From the NCBI GenBank assembly GCA_963704725.1, contig OY969934.1, forward strand, positions 192,001-256,000: a stretch of DNA of 64,000 nt, read 5' to 3'. Made by a program: the position numbers and the translations under genes. This DNA comes from an uncultured Actinomycetes bacterium. Its GTDB lineage: Bacteria; Actinomycetota; UBA4738; HRBIN12. The notes beneath the pieces are model-generated. The model ran no database searches, was not told where the DNA came from, and was given only the letters and a program-made list of their open reading frames with translations. Shown here piece after piece: positions 1-10,003 of this stretch (position 1 is the first letter of the stretch; every line of letters starts with the position of its first letter).

Positions 1-1305
1 ACCCGCAGCGCGTTCGACTTCGATCCGCAGTCCGGCCGGTGGCGAAGCATCCGCCCTTCCCCAGAACCGATGACCCACGCCCTCTCCGCATGGACGGGCA
101 CGGAGGCGATCTTCCTCGAGGCGTACGGCACGAACGAGCCGATCGGAGGTCAGGCCTACGATCCGAGCTCCGGCATGTGGCGGCCGATCGCGCCGGCTCC
201 GCTTGAGCGAGGCGGCGTCGTCGTCGCCGCATGGACCGGGGCCGACCTGATCGTGCTGGCTGGCGCCGGCCCGAGTGACCAGTCGGTGCTCGAGGCGGCG
301 GCCTACGATCCGACGACGGATTCGTGGTGGCGGCTCGCGAACGCGCCGCTCGGGCTCAACCTGTCGAGCGGCATGTGGACGGGCCGGCGGTTGCTGGTCT
401 TCGGCTCGCTGCTCGACAGCCGCAACCACGCGTCGACACCCACGTCGGTGGGTGCTGCGTACGACCCAGAGCTCGACTCATGGGCGATGATGCCGCCGTC
501 GGCCCTGTCTCCCCAGGCGACGTCCGCCGGGTGGCTCGGCGACCGGATGGTCGCGTGGGACTACGAGACCATGTCGCAGGAGTACGACCCGGAGACCAAC
601 CGATGGTCCGCGCCGCTGAACATGCCACTCGCGTTCAGCGAGTGCTACCCGGACAGCGTCGTGGTGGAGGGGCTGCTGCTCGCATGGTTCTGCGGCGCCG
701 CCGCGTTGTACGACTCGACCACCGATGCCTGGCGGCGGATCGATGGCGGCCCGCTGGAGGACACCGTCCACTCGAAGGCCTACGGGCGAGATCTCCCGGT
801 GTGGCGGTTCGCGGATCTCGTGCCGGCTGGCCCGGTGGTGGTCATGCCGATGGAGGGGATCACCCTGAGCCGGCGAGGGGTCGCCTGTTACGGCTGCGAG
901 GGCTCGCCTCGCTCGTATTGGGTCTACCGACCGCCGCCCCACGTCGAGCCCGACACATCGTTCGTCCGGCCGACGAACGGCGACGTTCGTCGGGCGGCGC
1001 TGGGCTTCCTCGGCACCTGGTTGCAGGGCACGCTGGCTCGACTCCAATGGCTGGCGACGCCCGACGGCCTGGCGAGGTTCGACGCACGTGTTCCCGACCT
1101 TGGGGCAGGGGCGAACTACTGGATCGACGGCAGGGTCGAGGCGCTCGACGACGGCGAGTTCGACGTGCCCGTCGAGCTGGTCGTGCGATATCGCAACCCA
1201 CCCGACACCCCACCCGAGGCGCTGCGCCTCGTGCTGGTGTTCGGCGCCGGGACGAGCATCGGCGGGGATCCCGGCGCGTTGCTGCTCGTCCACGTTCGCC
1301 GCTGA
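1..1305 (+). CDS. Kelch-like beta-propeller protein (5'-partial)
   Basis: Frame is open from base 1; repeated 'A/GAAYDP..D.W..(L/M)' and 'WTG..L.V' Kelch-like units. Confidence 0.75.
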   Translation, partial: TRSAFDFDPQSGRWRSIRPSPEPMTHALSAWTGTEAIFLEAYGTNEPIGGQAYDPSSGMWRPIAPAPLERGGVVVAAWTGADLIVLAGAGPSDQSVLEAAAYDPTTDSWWRLANAPLGLNLSSGMWTGRRLLVFGSLLDSRNHASTPTSVGAAYDPELDSWAMMPPSALSPQATSAGWLGDRMVAWDYETMSQEYDPETNRWSAPLNMPLAFSECYPDSVVVEGLLLAWFCGAAALYDSTTDAWRRIDGGPLEDTVHSKAYGRDLPVWRFADLVPAGPVVVMPMEGITLSRRGVACYGCEGSPRSYWVYRPPPHVEPDTSFVRPTNGDVRRAALGFLGTWLQGTLARLQWLATPDGLARFDARVPDLGAGANYWIDGRVEALDDGEFDVPVELVVRYRNPPDTPPEALRLVLVFGAGTSIGGDPGALLLVHVRR

Positions 1306-1572
1306 GAGAGGCGCCGAGCTCGTTCGGCGATCGCGACGACCTCGCCGACCACGAACGTTGCCGGCCCGTGGGCACGCGAGCGCTTCCTCGTCTCCGCGGC
1401 CGAACACGAACAGGTGGCCCCCTTCGGACGCACGACCACCAGCCCGTCCGGGCCCGCTCCACGAGGAGCGCGTCGATCTACGGCCGCGTGCTCCGATGTG
1501 TCGAGGCAGAACGCCTGGGTGGCGCTCGGCTCTTGGAGCGGCGGCGCTCCGGCCGAGGAATGGGTCGGCAGG

Positions 1573-2433
1573 TCAGGACAGGGCGCCCACGGACCGAGCG
1601 GACGCCAGGGCGCGCTCCCGCTCCGAGGGGTCGAGGCGCCGGAGTGGGGGGCGGACGTCCGGCGCGATCGGGACGCCCCGCGCCACGAGGATCTCCTTCA
1701 ACGCGGCGATGAGCGGGCGGCCTCCGAGATCCTCGCGGAGGACGCGCACCCGATTGGCGGCCTCCACGCTGCGATCGTGAACGAGCGCCGCGACGATCTC
1801 GGGGAACGCCGACGCGAGCGCGCTCACCGCGCCCGCTGCCCCGTGCGCGAGCCCCTCGAGCACGAGCGGCTCGGACCCCACGAACAGATCGAGCCCGCTG
1901 AACAGGTACGGCTCGACCGCGCTCCACGGCGTGTCCGAGACCTTCATCCCGGCGAGGTTGGGCGTCGCGTCGCGCAGCCGATGCATGGTCGGCACCGGGA
2001 TGGCGTAGCCCGAGCGCGCGGCGAACTCGTACACGTAGAACGGGAGCGGGGCGCACGCCTGCGCCGCAGCGAGGAGGTGCGCGAGGATCTCGTCCCCGTC
2101 CAGCGGGAAGTAGGGAGGCGCGATCACCGCAAGGGCGTCGGCACCGGCCTCCCTCGCGTGCGTGGCGAGGGCGACCGTGTCCGCCGTCGTCTGCGCTCCG
2201 GCGTGGACCGCGACCTGGAACCCGGCCGGGCGCGTCGCGAGCATCCGCTCGACCAGCCGGCGGCGCTCCTGCACCGACAGGAGGATCCCCTCGCCGGTCG
2301 TGCCGCAGGCCAGGACGCCGTCCACGCCGCCATCGGCCAGGAATCGCAGGAGCGGACCGACCGCGTCCTCGTCCAGACGGCGGCCGCCGTCGGTGAGCGG
2401 CGTGACGGCGGCGGCGATGGCTCCCCTCAGCAC
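1573..2433 (-). CDS. Dihydrodipicolinate synthase (DapA/NAL) family aldolase
   Basis: GTTGEG motif, Tyr in FYVYE, Schiff-base Lys in GMKVS; substrate cannot be assigned. Confidence 0.85.
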   Translation of the reverse strand: MLRGAIAAAVTPLTDGGRRLDEDAVGPLLRFLADGGVDGVLACGTTGEGILLSVQERRRLVERMLATRPAGFQVAVHAGAQTTADTVALATHAREAGADALAVIAPPYFPLDGDEILAHLLAAAQACAPLPFYVYEFAARSGYAIPVPTMHRLRDATPNLAGMKVSDTPWSAVEPYLFSGLDLFVGSEPLVLEGLAHGAAGAVSALASAFPEIVAALVHDRSVEAANRVRVLREDLGGRPLIAALKEILVARGVPIAPDVRPPLRRLDPSERERALASARSVGALS

Positions 2434-2526
2434 GTGGGCATGGTACCGGCGGTGTTTGTTCCGTCGAGCCGGCGGGAACGAAGCGGCTAAGCCCGCGACG
2501 CGAAACGCGGTCGAAGGGAGCTCGGG

Positions 2527-2793
2527 ATGACGATGGAGCCTCGGCGGGGATCGGACGTCCGGTGCCCGCTTTGCGGTGAGGGTGTGCTCGGCGACATCGG
2601 CTACGACTGGGGCCGAGATGGATCCGCGCCGAAGCAGACCGCGGACAGCCGCGAGCTCCTCACGTTCTCATGCGGCCACTCGGTCGAAGCCAGGGCCCTC
2701 GCGGAGGCGGCCCGCGACGACCCGAACGTCGAGCGCCGCCACTCGCCGGATACCATCGAGCCGCTCGAGTTCGAAGGAGGCGAGGCGACATGA
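2527..2793 (+). CDS. Small hypothetical protein, possible Zn-ribbon
   Basis: CPLC and SCGH motifs; RBS-like AAGGGAG upstream; stop overlaps the next ATG. Confidence 0.65.
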   Translation: MTMEPRRGSDVRCPLCGEGVLGDIGYDWGRDGSAPKQTADSRELLTFSCGHSVEARALAEAARDDPNVERRHSPDTIEPLEFEGGEAT

Positions 2794-3071
2794 GGACCGA
2801 GCACCCGGAGCCGAGGCCCGATCCCTCTCCCGTTCCACCCGGACCGATGCCAGATCCCGGGCCGATCCCGGACCCCGGACCGCCGAGCCCTCAACCGCTC
2901 CCCGACCCCTTGCCGCCCCCCGACACCGAGCCGCCCATCCGCGTGACCATGTCGTCGACGGAGCGCGCCGATCCGGCCGCCGTGGATCAGGGGACGATCT
3001 TGGAGATCGGGAGCTCGAGGATGTCGGTCGCGCCACGCGCCTTCAGCAGCGGGATCAGCGTGTTGACCTGA
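2790..3071 (+). CDS. Pro-rich small protein (PDP repeats)
   Basis: ATGA overlap with upstream gene, GGAGG RBS; MRTEHPEPRPDPSPVPPGPMPDPGPIPDP; 3' end overlaps hisG, so the end is uncertain. Confidence 0.45.
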   Translation: MRTEHPEPRPDPSPVPPGPMPDPGPIPDPGPPSPQPLPDPLPPPDTEPPIRVTMSSTERADPAAVDQGTILEIGSSRMSVAPRAFSSGISVLT

Positions 3072-3862
3072 CGCTTCTCCACCACGCTCTCGACGGCGAA
3101 CCCCCCGGCCTGCAGCGGCGACACCGTGGGCGACTTCGCGGACGGCACGACCTCGAGGACGCCGGGCAGATGGGACTCGGCGACGTTGAGCTTGATCAGC
3201 ACGCGTCCCTCCGCGCGGAGCGCGCCGAGCAGGAGCGTGGACACGTCGTCCATCGCGGCGCGCTTCACCGGGTCCGCCGCGGCGTCCCGATTGGCCACCA
3301 GGACCGGCTCGGAGGTCATGAGCGTCTCGATGATCTTCATGCCGTGCGCCCGCAGCGTGCTCCCCGTCTCCGTGATGTCGACGATCGCGTCGACGATCTC
3401 GGGGACCTTGGCCTCGGTGGCCCCGAACGACCAGACCACGCGCACGTCGATGCCGAGGTCGTCGAAGTAACGCTTCGTGAGCCGGACGAACTCCGTCGAG
3501 ATCCGTGAGCCGGCGGGGATCTCCTTCGCCCCGTCGGCGGGGTGCTCGGCCGGGACCGCGAGCACGATCCTCGTGCCGTGCCCCGTTCCGCTCTTGGCAT
3601 AGGAGAGCGAGGCCAGGACCTCGACCTCGGCGCCGGTCTCCGCGATCCAGTCCTGCCCCGTGATCCCCAGGTCGAAGAGCCCGTCCTGGACGTACACGGG
3701 GATCTCCTGCGGCCGGAGCAGCGAGACGCGGTCGATGCGCTCGTCTTCGATCGTCCCGTGGTAGTCGCGGTCGGACCCTCGCCGCACCCGCAGATCGGCC
3801 TCTTCGAGCAGCCGCAGCGTCTGTTGCTCGAGCGAGCCCTTCGGGATCACGAGTCGGAGCAT
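2987..3862 (-). CDS. hisG: ATP phosphoribosyltransferase (long form)
   Basis: PKGSL, DLGITGQD, GATE, DAIVDITETGSTLRAHG motifs plus C-terminal regulatory domain. Confidence 0.97.
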   Translation of the reverse strand: MLRLVIPKGSLEQQTLRLLEEADLRVRRGSDRDYHGTIEDERIDRVSLLRPQEIPVYVQDGLFDLGITGQDWIAETGAEVEVLASLSYAKSGTGHGTRIVLAVPAEHPADGAKEIPAGSRISTEFVRLTKRYFDDLGIDVRVVWSFGATEAKVPEIVDAIVDITETGSTLRAHGMKIIETLMTSEPVLVANRDAAADPVKRAAMDDVSTLLLGALRAEGRVLIKLNVAESHLPGVLEVVPSAKSPTVSPLQAGGFAVESVVEKRQVNTLIPLLKARGATDILELPISKIVP

Positions 3863-3890
3863 CTGCGCAGTCTACGGGGCTGGCCGAGAT

Positions 3891-3919
3891 TTGACTTCTC
3901 AGGTAGGAATTCCTACCAT
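3891..3919 (+). promoter_or_regulatory. Housekeeping-type promoter with palindromic operator for the vapBC pair
   Basis: TTGACT(3891-3896)-17 nt-TACCAT(3914-3919); perfect 16-bp palindrome GGTAGGAATTCCTACC at 3902-3917; ATG follows 6 nt after the -10. Confidence 0.8.
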
Positions 3920-3925
3920 TCATCC

Positions 3926-4153
3926 ATGAACGCCGTCGTTTCGGAGAAAGGCCAGGTCACGATCCCCAAGGCCCTTCGATACCGCCTCGGCATCCAGCCG
4001 GGACAGGTGCTCGATTTCGATGAGGAGGGCGGACGTCTCGTGGCCCGGAAAGTCGTCGCGCGAGATCCCGTCGACATGGTGTGGGGGACCTTGAAGCTGG
4101 ATCGCTCGGTGGACGAGCTCATCGAGGAGATGCGGGGCCCGGTCGACCTGTGA
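3926..4153 (+). CDS. vapB: AbrB/MazE/SpoVT-family antitoxin
   Basis: VSEKGQVTIPKALRYRLGIQPG swapped-hairpin signature; coupled to a PIN gene. Confidence 0.9.
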   Translation: MNAVVSEKGQVTIPKALRYRLGIQPGQVLDFDEEGGRLVARKVVARDPVDMVWGTLKLDRSVDELIEEMRGPVDL

Positions 4154-4569
4154 TCACGGCGGTCGACTCGAACGTGCTCCTCGATGTGTTCACGGCCGAT
4201 GCCCGGTTCGGCGCCGTCTCTCGCCGGGCGATCGCCGCAGCCCACGAAGCCGGCGCCGTGATGGCGTGCGAGGTGGTCTGGGCGGAGGTCGCGGCTTCCT
4301 ACCGGAGCGCGGACGAGGGACGTGAACGCCTCGATCAGCTCGGCGTCCGATTCGCGGCGATCGATCCCGAGGTCGCCCTGGCCGCAGGGACGCTGTGGTG
4401 GAACCATCTCCGCGCCGACGACGGCCGTGACCGGTCGATGGCGGACTTCCTGATCGGCACGCACGCCTGGATGCGAGCAGACGCCCTGCTGACCAGGGAC
4501 CGTGGCTTCTACCGGGGGTCTTTCAGGCGTCTGAGGATCGTCGATCCGTCGACGGCGCGATCGGCCTGA
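4150..4569 (+). CDS. vapC: PIN-domain toxin
   Basis: AVDSNVL, conserved E, ADFLIG, LLTRD; GTGA overlap with the antitoxin. Confidence 0.9.
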   Translation: MITAVDSNVLLDVFTADARFGAVSRRAIAAAHEAGAVMACEVVWAEVAASYRSADEGRERLDQLGVRFAAIDPEVALAAGTLWWNHLRADDGRDRSMADFLIGTHAWMRADALLTRDRGFYRGSFRRLRIVDPSTARSA

Positions 4570-4882
4570 AGAAGCACGATCGCTCGCCGGTGTGGCAGGC
4601 CGCGCCCTCCTGATGGACGCGCACGAGCACCACGTCGCCGTCGCAGTCGGCGCGCACCTCCTCGATGTGCTGGACGTGCCCGCTCGTCTCGCCCTTGCGC
4701 CACAGCTCCTGCCGCGATCGGCTCCAGAACACGGTCCGTCCCTCGTCGAGCGTGTGCTGCAACGACGCGCGGCTCATCCACGCCATCATGAGCACGTCGC
4801 CGTTCTCGGCGTCCTGGACGATCGCCGGGATCAGGCCGCGGTCGTCGAACCGGAGTTCGTCGAGCTCCGCGCGCCCGGTCAC
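4523..4882 (-). CDS. hisI: Phosphoribosyl-AMP cyclohydrolase
   Basis: [31 protein letters not shown]. Confidence 0.96.
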   Translation of the reverse strand: MTGRAELDELRFDDRGLIPAIVQDAENGDVLMMAWMSRASLQHTLDEGRTVFWSRSRQELWRKGETSGHVQHIEEVRADCDGDVVLVRVHQEGAACHTGERSCFFRPIAPSTDRRSSDA

Positions 4883-5646
4883 GCCACCCTCACCGTGATA
4901 CCCCGGCGCAGGAGGTGGTCCTTGACCTCCCGGATCGTGAGCTCCTCGAAGTGGAAGCGCGAGGCGGCGAGCACGGCATCGGCGTGTCCCTCGGTGAGTG
5001 CCTCGGCGAAGTGCTCCACGCCTCCCGCGCCGCCGCTCGCGACGACCGGGACACCGACGGCGTCGCTCACGGAGCGCAGGAGGTCGAGGTCGTACCCCTG
5101 CCCCGTCCCGTCGCGATCCATCGACGTCAGGAGCACCTCGCCGGCACCGTGGCGCTCCGTGGCCTCCACCGCCCACGCCACCGCGTCGCGCCCGGTGGCC
5201 GTTCGACCGGCGTCCACGAACACCTCCCACCCGTCGCCCGGCCGGCTCCGCGCGTCGATCGCCACCACCATGCACTGCGTGCCGAACCGCTCCGCGCAGC
5301 GACCGAGGAGCGTCGGATCGCGTACGGCCGCGCTGTTGACGGCGATCTTGTCGGCCCCGGCCCGCAGCAGCTCGCGCACGTCGTCCTCGGCCCGGACCCC
5401 GCCGCCCACGGTCAGCGGGATGAACACCTGGTCGGCCGTTCGCGAGATGACGTCGAGCGTCGCGCGGCGGCCCTCCACGGTCGCGGTGATGTCGAGGAAG
5501 ACCAGCTCGTCGGCGCCCTCGGCGTCGTAGCGCGCGGCGAGCTCGACCGGGTCCCCGGCGTCGACGAGGTCGACGAACCTCGTGCCCTTGACCACCCGCC
5601 CGCCGTCGACGTCGAGGCACGGCAGGATCCGCTTGGCGAGCGTCAT
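4879..5646 (-). CDS. hisF: Imidazole glycerol phosphate synthase cyclase subunit
   Basis: [27 protein letters not shown]. Confidence 0.97.
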   Translation of the reverse strand: MTLAKRILPCLDVDGGRVVKGTRFVDLVDAGDPVELAARYDAEGADELVFLDITATVEGRRATLDVISRTADQVFIPLTVGGGVRAEDDVRELLRAGADKIAVNSAAVRDPTLLGRCAERFGTQCMVVAIDARSRPGDGWEVFVDAGRTATGRDAVAWAVEATERHGAGEVLLTSMDRDGTGQGYDLDLLRSVSDAVGVPVVASGGAGGVEHFAEALTEGHADAVLAASRFHFEELTIREVKDHLLRRGITVRVA

Positions 5647-6344
5647 CCCCGGACGACCTCCTGGAGCCGCAGCGTGCCCGCGTACATCGCCTTGCCGACG
5701 ACGCAGGCCTCGAGCCCGAGCTCGCGAAGCGCCCATACGTCGTCGGCGACGCGGATGCCGCCGCTCGCGATCACCGGCACCTCGGTGAGCTCGAGCATCC
5801 CCTCGTACAGGGCGAGATCCGGCCCGTCCATCGTTCCGTCGCGCGCGATCGCGGTGACCAGGAAGCGAGGGGCGCCCACACCCTGCAGGGCGGGCACGAC
5901 GTCCTCGAGCCGCGGGCCCTCGCGTCGCCAGCCGTGGGTCATGACCCGGCCGTCGCGAACGTCCACAGCGACGGCGATGCCGTCCCCGGCGAGCGCCACC
6001 GCCTCGGCCACGACGTTCGGGTCGAGCGCGGCCGCGGTGCCGAGGATGGCTCGAGCCGCGCCGTCCTCGAGCGCGCGCTCGACGTCGGCCGTCGTGCGCA
6101 GCCCTCCGCCGAGCTGGACCGGGATGGCGACCGCCCGGCAGATGTCCTTGACGACGTCGCGATTCGTGCCGTCCTCACGCGCCGCGTCGAGGTCGACGAG
6201 ATGCAGGCGCCGGGCGCCCTCGGCTTCGAACCGACGGGCCACCTCCACCGGGTCGTCGTCGTAGACGGTCTCGGCGTCGACATCGCCCCGGAACAGCCGG
6301 ACGCAGCGGCCGTGTCGGAGGTCGATGGCGGGGATGACGATCAC
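5643..6344 (-). CDS. hisA: ProFAR isomerase (HisA/PriA)
   Basis: IPAIDL..G.CVRL..G, LHLVDLD, QLGGGLR. Confidence 0.95.
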   Translation of the reverse strand: MIVIPAIDLRHGRCVRLFRGDVDAETVYDDDPVEVARRFEAEGARRLHLVDLDAAREDGTNRDVVKDICRAVAIPVQLGGGLRTTADVERALEDGAARAILGTAAALDPNVVAEAVALAGDGIAVAVDVRDGRVMTHGWRREGPRLEDVVPALQGVGAPRFLVTAIARDGTMDGPDLALYEGMLELTEVPVIASGGIRVADDVWALRELGLEACVVGKAMYAGTLRLQEVVRG

Positions 6345-6946
6345 GACTCCGCCTCCCGGACGAACGCTTCGTACAAACGCAGACCGGGGTCCCCCGACTT
6401 CTCCGGATGGAACTGCGTGGCGAACACGCGGTCCCGGCCGGCGGCGGCGGCGAAGGGGCGGCCGTGCTCGGTCACGCCGACCGTCGTGCGGGCGTCGGGG
6501 TCCGGGGCGAACGAGTGCACGAAGTAGAAGCGCGTGCCGGTGGGCACGTCGCGCACGAAGGGGTGCGTCTCGGTCCAGCGCACACCGTTCCACCCCATGT
6601 GCGGGACCTTGACCTCGCTCGGCAGGCGCCGCGAGAGGCCCTCGAACAGCCCCAGCCCCGGCTCCGGATCCTCCTCGCTCCCCGCGAACAGCACCTGCAT
6701 GCCGACGCAGACGCCGAAGAGCGGCCGTTCGCTCCCCGCGAACTCGCGGACCACCCGATCGAGGCCCCGCTCGCGAAGGCTCCGCATGCACGCGCCGAAG
6801 TGCCCGACGCCGGGGACGACCAGGCCGTCGGCGGCGAGCGCCGCGGATCCGTCGTCCGTCACGTCGGGCTTGCCGCCCACGTGCTCGATGGCCCGGGCCA
6901 CGCTCCGCAGGTTGCCCATGCCGTAATCGAGGACGGCGATCGTCAC
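6341..6946 (-). CDS. hisH: IGP synthase glutamine amidotransferase subunit
   Basis: DYGMGNL, PGVGHF, GVCVGMQ, QFHPEKS. Confidence 0.97.
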   Translation of the reverse strand: MTIAVLDYGMGNLRSVARAIEHVGGKPDVTDDGSAALAADGLVVPGVGHFGACMRSLRERGLDRVVREFAGSERPLFGVCVGMQVLFAGSEEDPEPGLGLFEGLSRRLPSEVKVPHMGWNGVRWTETHPFVRDVPTGTRFYFVHSFAPDPDARTTVGVTEHGRPFAAAAGRDRVFATQFHPEKSGDPGLRLYEAFVREAES

Positions 6947-7524
6947 AGCGTGCCCTTCGTGCTCGGGACCTCGCCCCCGGCGATGCCCACGGCGTCTCGC
7001 AGGCACGCGGCGAGCGCCTTGAACTCGGCCTCGACGACGTGGTGCGGAGAGCGGCCGGCCCGCAGCCGGACGTGGAGCGTGAGCTCGGCCGCCGTGGCGA
7101 ACGCCCGCAGGAAGTCCTCCGTGAGACCGGTGTCGTACGTGCCGATCGTCTCGGCCGGCACCGACACCTCGTGCACGACGAAGGGGCGTCCCGACAGGTC
7201 GAGCGCGACCTCCACCGCCGCCTCGTCGAGCGGGACGGTGATCGAGGCGAACCGCCGCACCCCGCGCTTGTCGCCGAGCGCCTCCTTCAGCGCCTGGCCC
7301 AGCGCGAGCCCCACGTCCTCGACCGTGTGGTGCCCGTCGACGTCGAGGTCTCCCGTCGCGGTGACCGACAGGTCGAACCGCGCATGCGTCCCGAGCTGCT
7401 GCAGCATGTGGTCGAAGAACGGTAGCCCGGTGTCGGCGCTCGAGGAGCCCGACCCGTCGAGCGTCAGCTCGACGCGGACGTCCGTCTCCTTCGTCCGGCG
7501 TGCCACCGTCGCCCGGCGGGTCAT
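6943..7524 (-). CDS. hisB: Imidazoleglycerol-phosphate dehydratase
   Basis: RRTKET, FFDHML, HHTVED, HHVVEA. Confidence 0.97.
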   Translation of the reverse strand: MTRRATVARRTKETDVRVELTLDGSGSSSADTGLPFFDHMLQQLGTHARFDLSVTATGDLDVDGHHTVEDVGLALGQALKEALGDKRGVRRFASITVPLDEAAVEVALDLSGRPFVVHEVSVPAETIGTYDTGLTEDFLRAFATAAELTLHVRLRAGRSPHHVVEAEFKALAACLRDAVGIAGGEVPSTKGTL

Positions 7525-8567
7525 GCGAGGACCTCCTCGAGCGCGGACAGGAACCGGTCGACCTCCTGCGGCGTGCCGGCGGTGACGCGGAGGCACCCCG
7601 GTACGAGCGCGCTGAAGTCGCGGACGAGCACGCTCCGGTCGAGCAGGCCCTGCCACACGTCCCCGGCCGGCCGAGGTGGCCGGAACAACACGAAGTTCGC
7701 CTCCGAGGGGAACGCCTCGACGCCCATCGGAGGGAGCGCCTGCAGGATCCGGTCGCGTTCCGCGCGGATCGCGTCGAGGATCTCGAGCGCCTCGTCCCGA
7801 TGGTCGAGCGCCACGAGCCCGGCCGCCTGCGTGAGGGAGCTCAAGTGGTAGGGAAGACGGACCCGCCGCAGGTCCCCGACGATCTCGGGGGAGGTCAGGC
7901 AGTACCCGACGCGGGCCCCGGCCAGGGCGAACGCCTTCGAGAACGTCCGGACGACGGCGAGGTTCCGGTACCGGGGGACCAGCGGGGCCGCGCTCCGGCC
8001 GCCGAACTCCACGTAGGCCTCGTCGACGATCACCAGCGCCGGGGTGTTGGCGGCCAGCTCGATCACGTCGAGCGGCTGGGCGTTGCCGGTGGGGTTGTTC
8101 GGCGAGCAGACGAAGACCACGTCGGGCCCGAACCCGAGGGCCCGGGCCACGTCGGGCGCGCCGATCGTCCACGGCGCCTCGAGGCGGACGGGAACGACGT
8201 CGGCGTTGGCCACCCAGGACAGCCGCGAGTGCAACGCGTACGTGGGCTCGAACACGACCACACGACGGCCCGGACCTCCGTAAGCCTGGAGGAGCTGGAT
8301 CAGGATCTCGTTCGAGCCGTTCGCGACCCAGGTGCCCTCGAGGGTGTGCCCGTGCAGGTCGGCCAGGCGCGAGCGGAGCGTCTCGGCTTCGCGGTCGGGG
8401 TATCGGTTCAGGCTCAGGTCGCCGACGGCGTCGGAGAGGTCGCGGCGGAAGGGCTCGGGAAGCGGGTAGGGGCACTCGTTGGTGTTCAGGCGGACCCGGA
8501 CGTCGAGCTGCGGGGCCTCGTAGGGCTCGATGTCGCGCAGGCCGGGGCGGGGGAGTGCCGGGTTCAC
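7521..8567 (-). CDS. hisC: Histidinol-phosphate aminotransferase
   Basis: LNTNE, PNNPTG, DEAY, RTFSKAFALAGARVGY. Confidence 0.96.
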   Translation of the reverse strand: MNPALPRPGLRDIEPYEAPQLDVRVRLNTNECPYPLPEPFRRDLSDAVGDLSLNRYPDREAETLRSRLADLHGHTLEGTWVANGSNEILIQLLQAYGGPGRRVVVFEPTYALHSRLSWVANADVVPVRLEAPWTIGAPDVARALGFGPDVVFVCSPNNPTGNAQPLDVIELAANTPALVIVDEAYVEFGGRSAAPLVPRYRNLAVVRTFSKAFALAGARVGYCLTSPEIVGDLRRVRLPYHLSSLTQAAGLVALDHRDEALEILDAIRAERDRILQALPPMGVEAFPSEANFVLFRPPRPAGDVWQGLLDRSVLVRDFSALVPGCLRVTAGTPQEVDRFLSALEEVLA

Positions 8568-9847
8568 GACGTGCCCTTCTCGCTGCGGACCTCGACGGCC
8601 CGGGCGTGTCCGATCAGCCCCTCGCTGCGAGCGATCGCCGAGACCGCAGGCGCGAGCGAGCGCGCGGCGGCCTCGTCCATCTCGACGACCGACATGACCT
8701 TGACGAAGTCGGCCGCCCGGAGGCCGCTCGCGAACCGCGCCGTTCCGCCGGTGGGCAGGACGTGGTTCGACGCCACGCCGTAGTCGCCGAACGGCACGGG
8801 CGTGAACGCGCCGACGAAGATCGCCCCGGCGTTGCGGATGCCGGCCGGGAACGGCTCGGATCCATCGAGGAAGAGCTGGAGGTGTTCGGGCGCAAGCCCG
8901 TTCACGACCTCGACGGCGTGCTCCCAGTCCGCGACGAGGACGGCCCGGGCGTGCGACAGGGCGGACTCGACGACCTCGCGCCTGGCCGCCCCGGCCACCT
9001 CGGCGACGAGCGCCCTCTCGATCCGCTCGACGAGCCCGGGATCGACGGCGACGAGCGTGGCGAGCGCGTCGGGATCGTGCTCGGCCTGCGCCACGAGGTC
9101 GACGGCCGCCCACCGGGGGTCGGTGCCCGATCCCGCCACCAGGACGAGCTCGGTCGGTCCCGCCAGGCCGTCGATCCCGATCACGCCGCTGAGCTGGCGC
9201 TTGGCCTCGGTCACGTAGGCGTTGCCCGGCCCCACCACCTTGTCCACCGCCGGGACCGAGTCCGTGCCGAACGCGAGCGCCGCGATCGCCTGGGCGCCGC
9301 CCACCCGGACGACGCGTGTCGCCCCGGCGCGCCGGGCCGCGTACAGCACCGCCGGGTGGACCGAGCCGTCGGAGCGGGGAGGCGTGCACACGACGATCTC
9401 CGCGACCCCGGCGACGAGGGCCGGCGTCACGGTCATGGCCACGGATGAGGGGTAGACGGCTCGGCCCCCCGGCACGTAGCAGCCGGCCGCGCGGATGGGG
9501 CGAACGCGTTCGGCGAAGCGGATCCCGCCCCGCTCGTCCTGCCACTCGGGCGGGATCTGCCGCCGGTGGAGGTCGGCGACGCGGTCGACCAGGTCGTCGA
9601 GCGCGCGCCGGAGCGGGTCGGGGACGGCCTCGAGCGCGGCGGCGAACTCGTCGGGGGTCACGGCGAGGCCGCGCTCGCCGAGGTCGGCACCGTCGAACCG
9701 GAGCGTCAGGTCCAGGAGCGCGGCGTCGCCCTCGTCGCGGACGCGCCGAACGATCCCGCGAACGGTGTCTGCGACCTGAGGGTCGATCTCGAGGCGTCTG
9801 GGCTCGAGCCGCTCCCTCCGGTCCCGGAGGTCGAGGAGCTCGAGCAC
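8564..9847 (-). CDS. hisD: Histidinol dehydrogenase
   Basis: YVPGG, GPGNAYV, QAEHD, APEHL, NHVLPT. Confidence 0.97.
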   Translation of the reverse strand: MLELLDLRDRRERLEPRRLEIDPQVADTVRGIVRRVRDEGDAALLDLTLRFDGADLGERGLAVTPDEFAAALEAVPDPLRRALDDLVDRVADLHRRQIPPEWQDERGGIRFAERVRPIRAAGCYVPGGRAVYPSSVAMTVTPALVAGVAEIVVCTPPRSDGSVHPAVLYAARRAGATRVVRVGGAQAIAALAFGTDSVPAVDKVVGPGNAYVTEAKRQLSGVIGIDGLAGPTELVLVAGSGTDPRWAAVDLVAQAEHDPDALATLVAVDPGLVERIERALVAEVAGAARREVVESALSHARAVLVADWEHAVEVVNGLAPEHLQLFLDGSEPFPAGIRNAGAIFVGAFTPVPFGDYGVASNHVLPTGGTARFASGLRAADFVKVMSVVEMDEAAARSLAPAVSAIARSEGLIGHARAVEVRSEKGTS

Positions 9848-10003
9848 CTAATGCTCCTCGACGACCTCGTGATGCTCGGCGGAGGGAGCGGGGCGGCCGG
9901 CGCGGCGATCGCGCACGAACAGGACCCAGCCGCTCGCGGAGACGAACGCCGCGGCGGCACACAGCAGGCCGAGGGCGAGCAGGAGCGTCGTCTGCCGGGT
10001 CAT
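9848..10003 (-). CDS. 51-aa single-TM protein abutting hisD
   Basis: MTRQTTLLLALGLLCAAAAFVSASGWVLFVRDRRAGRPAPSAEHHEVVEEH*; its TAG is directly followed by the hisD GTG; GC3-rich codons. Confidence 0.6.
   Translation of the reverse strand: MTRQTTLLLALGLLCAAAAFVSASGWVLFVRDRRAGRPAPSAEHHEVVEEH

Noticed and set aside
1306-1572. Possible small gene or remnant between the Kelch-like and DapA-family genes
   Set aside because: Only short protein-like fragments in different frames, with no supportable start or family.
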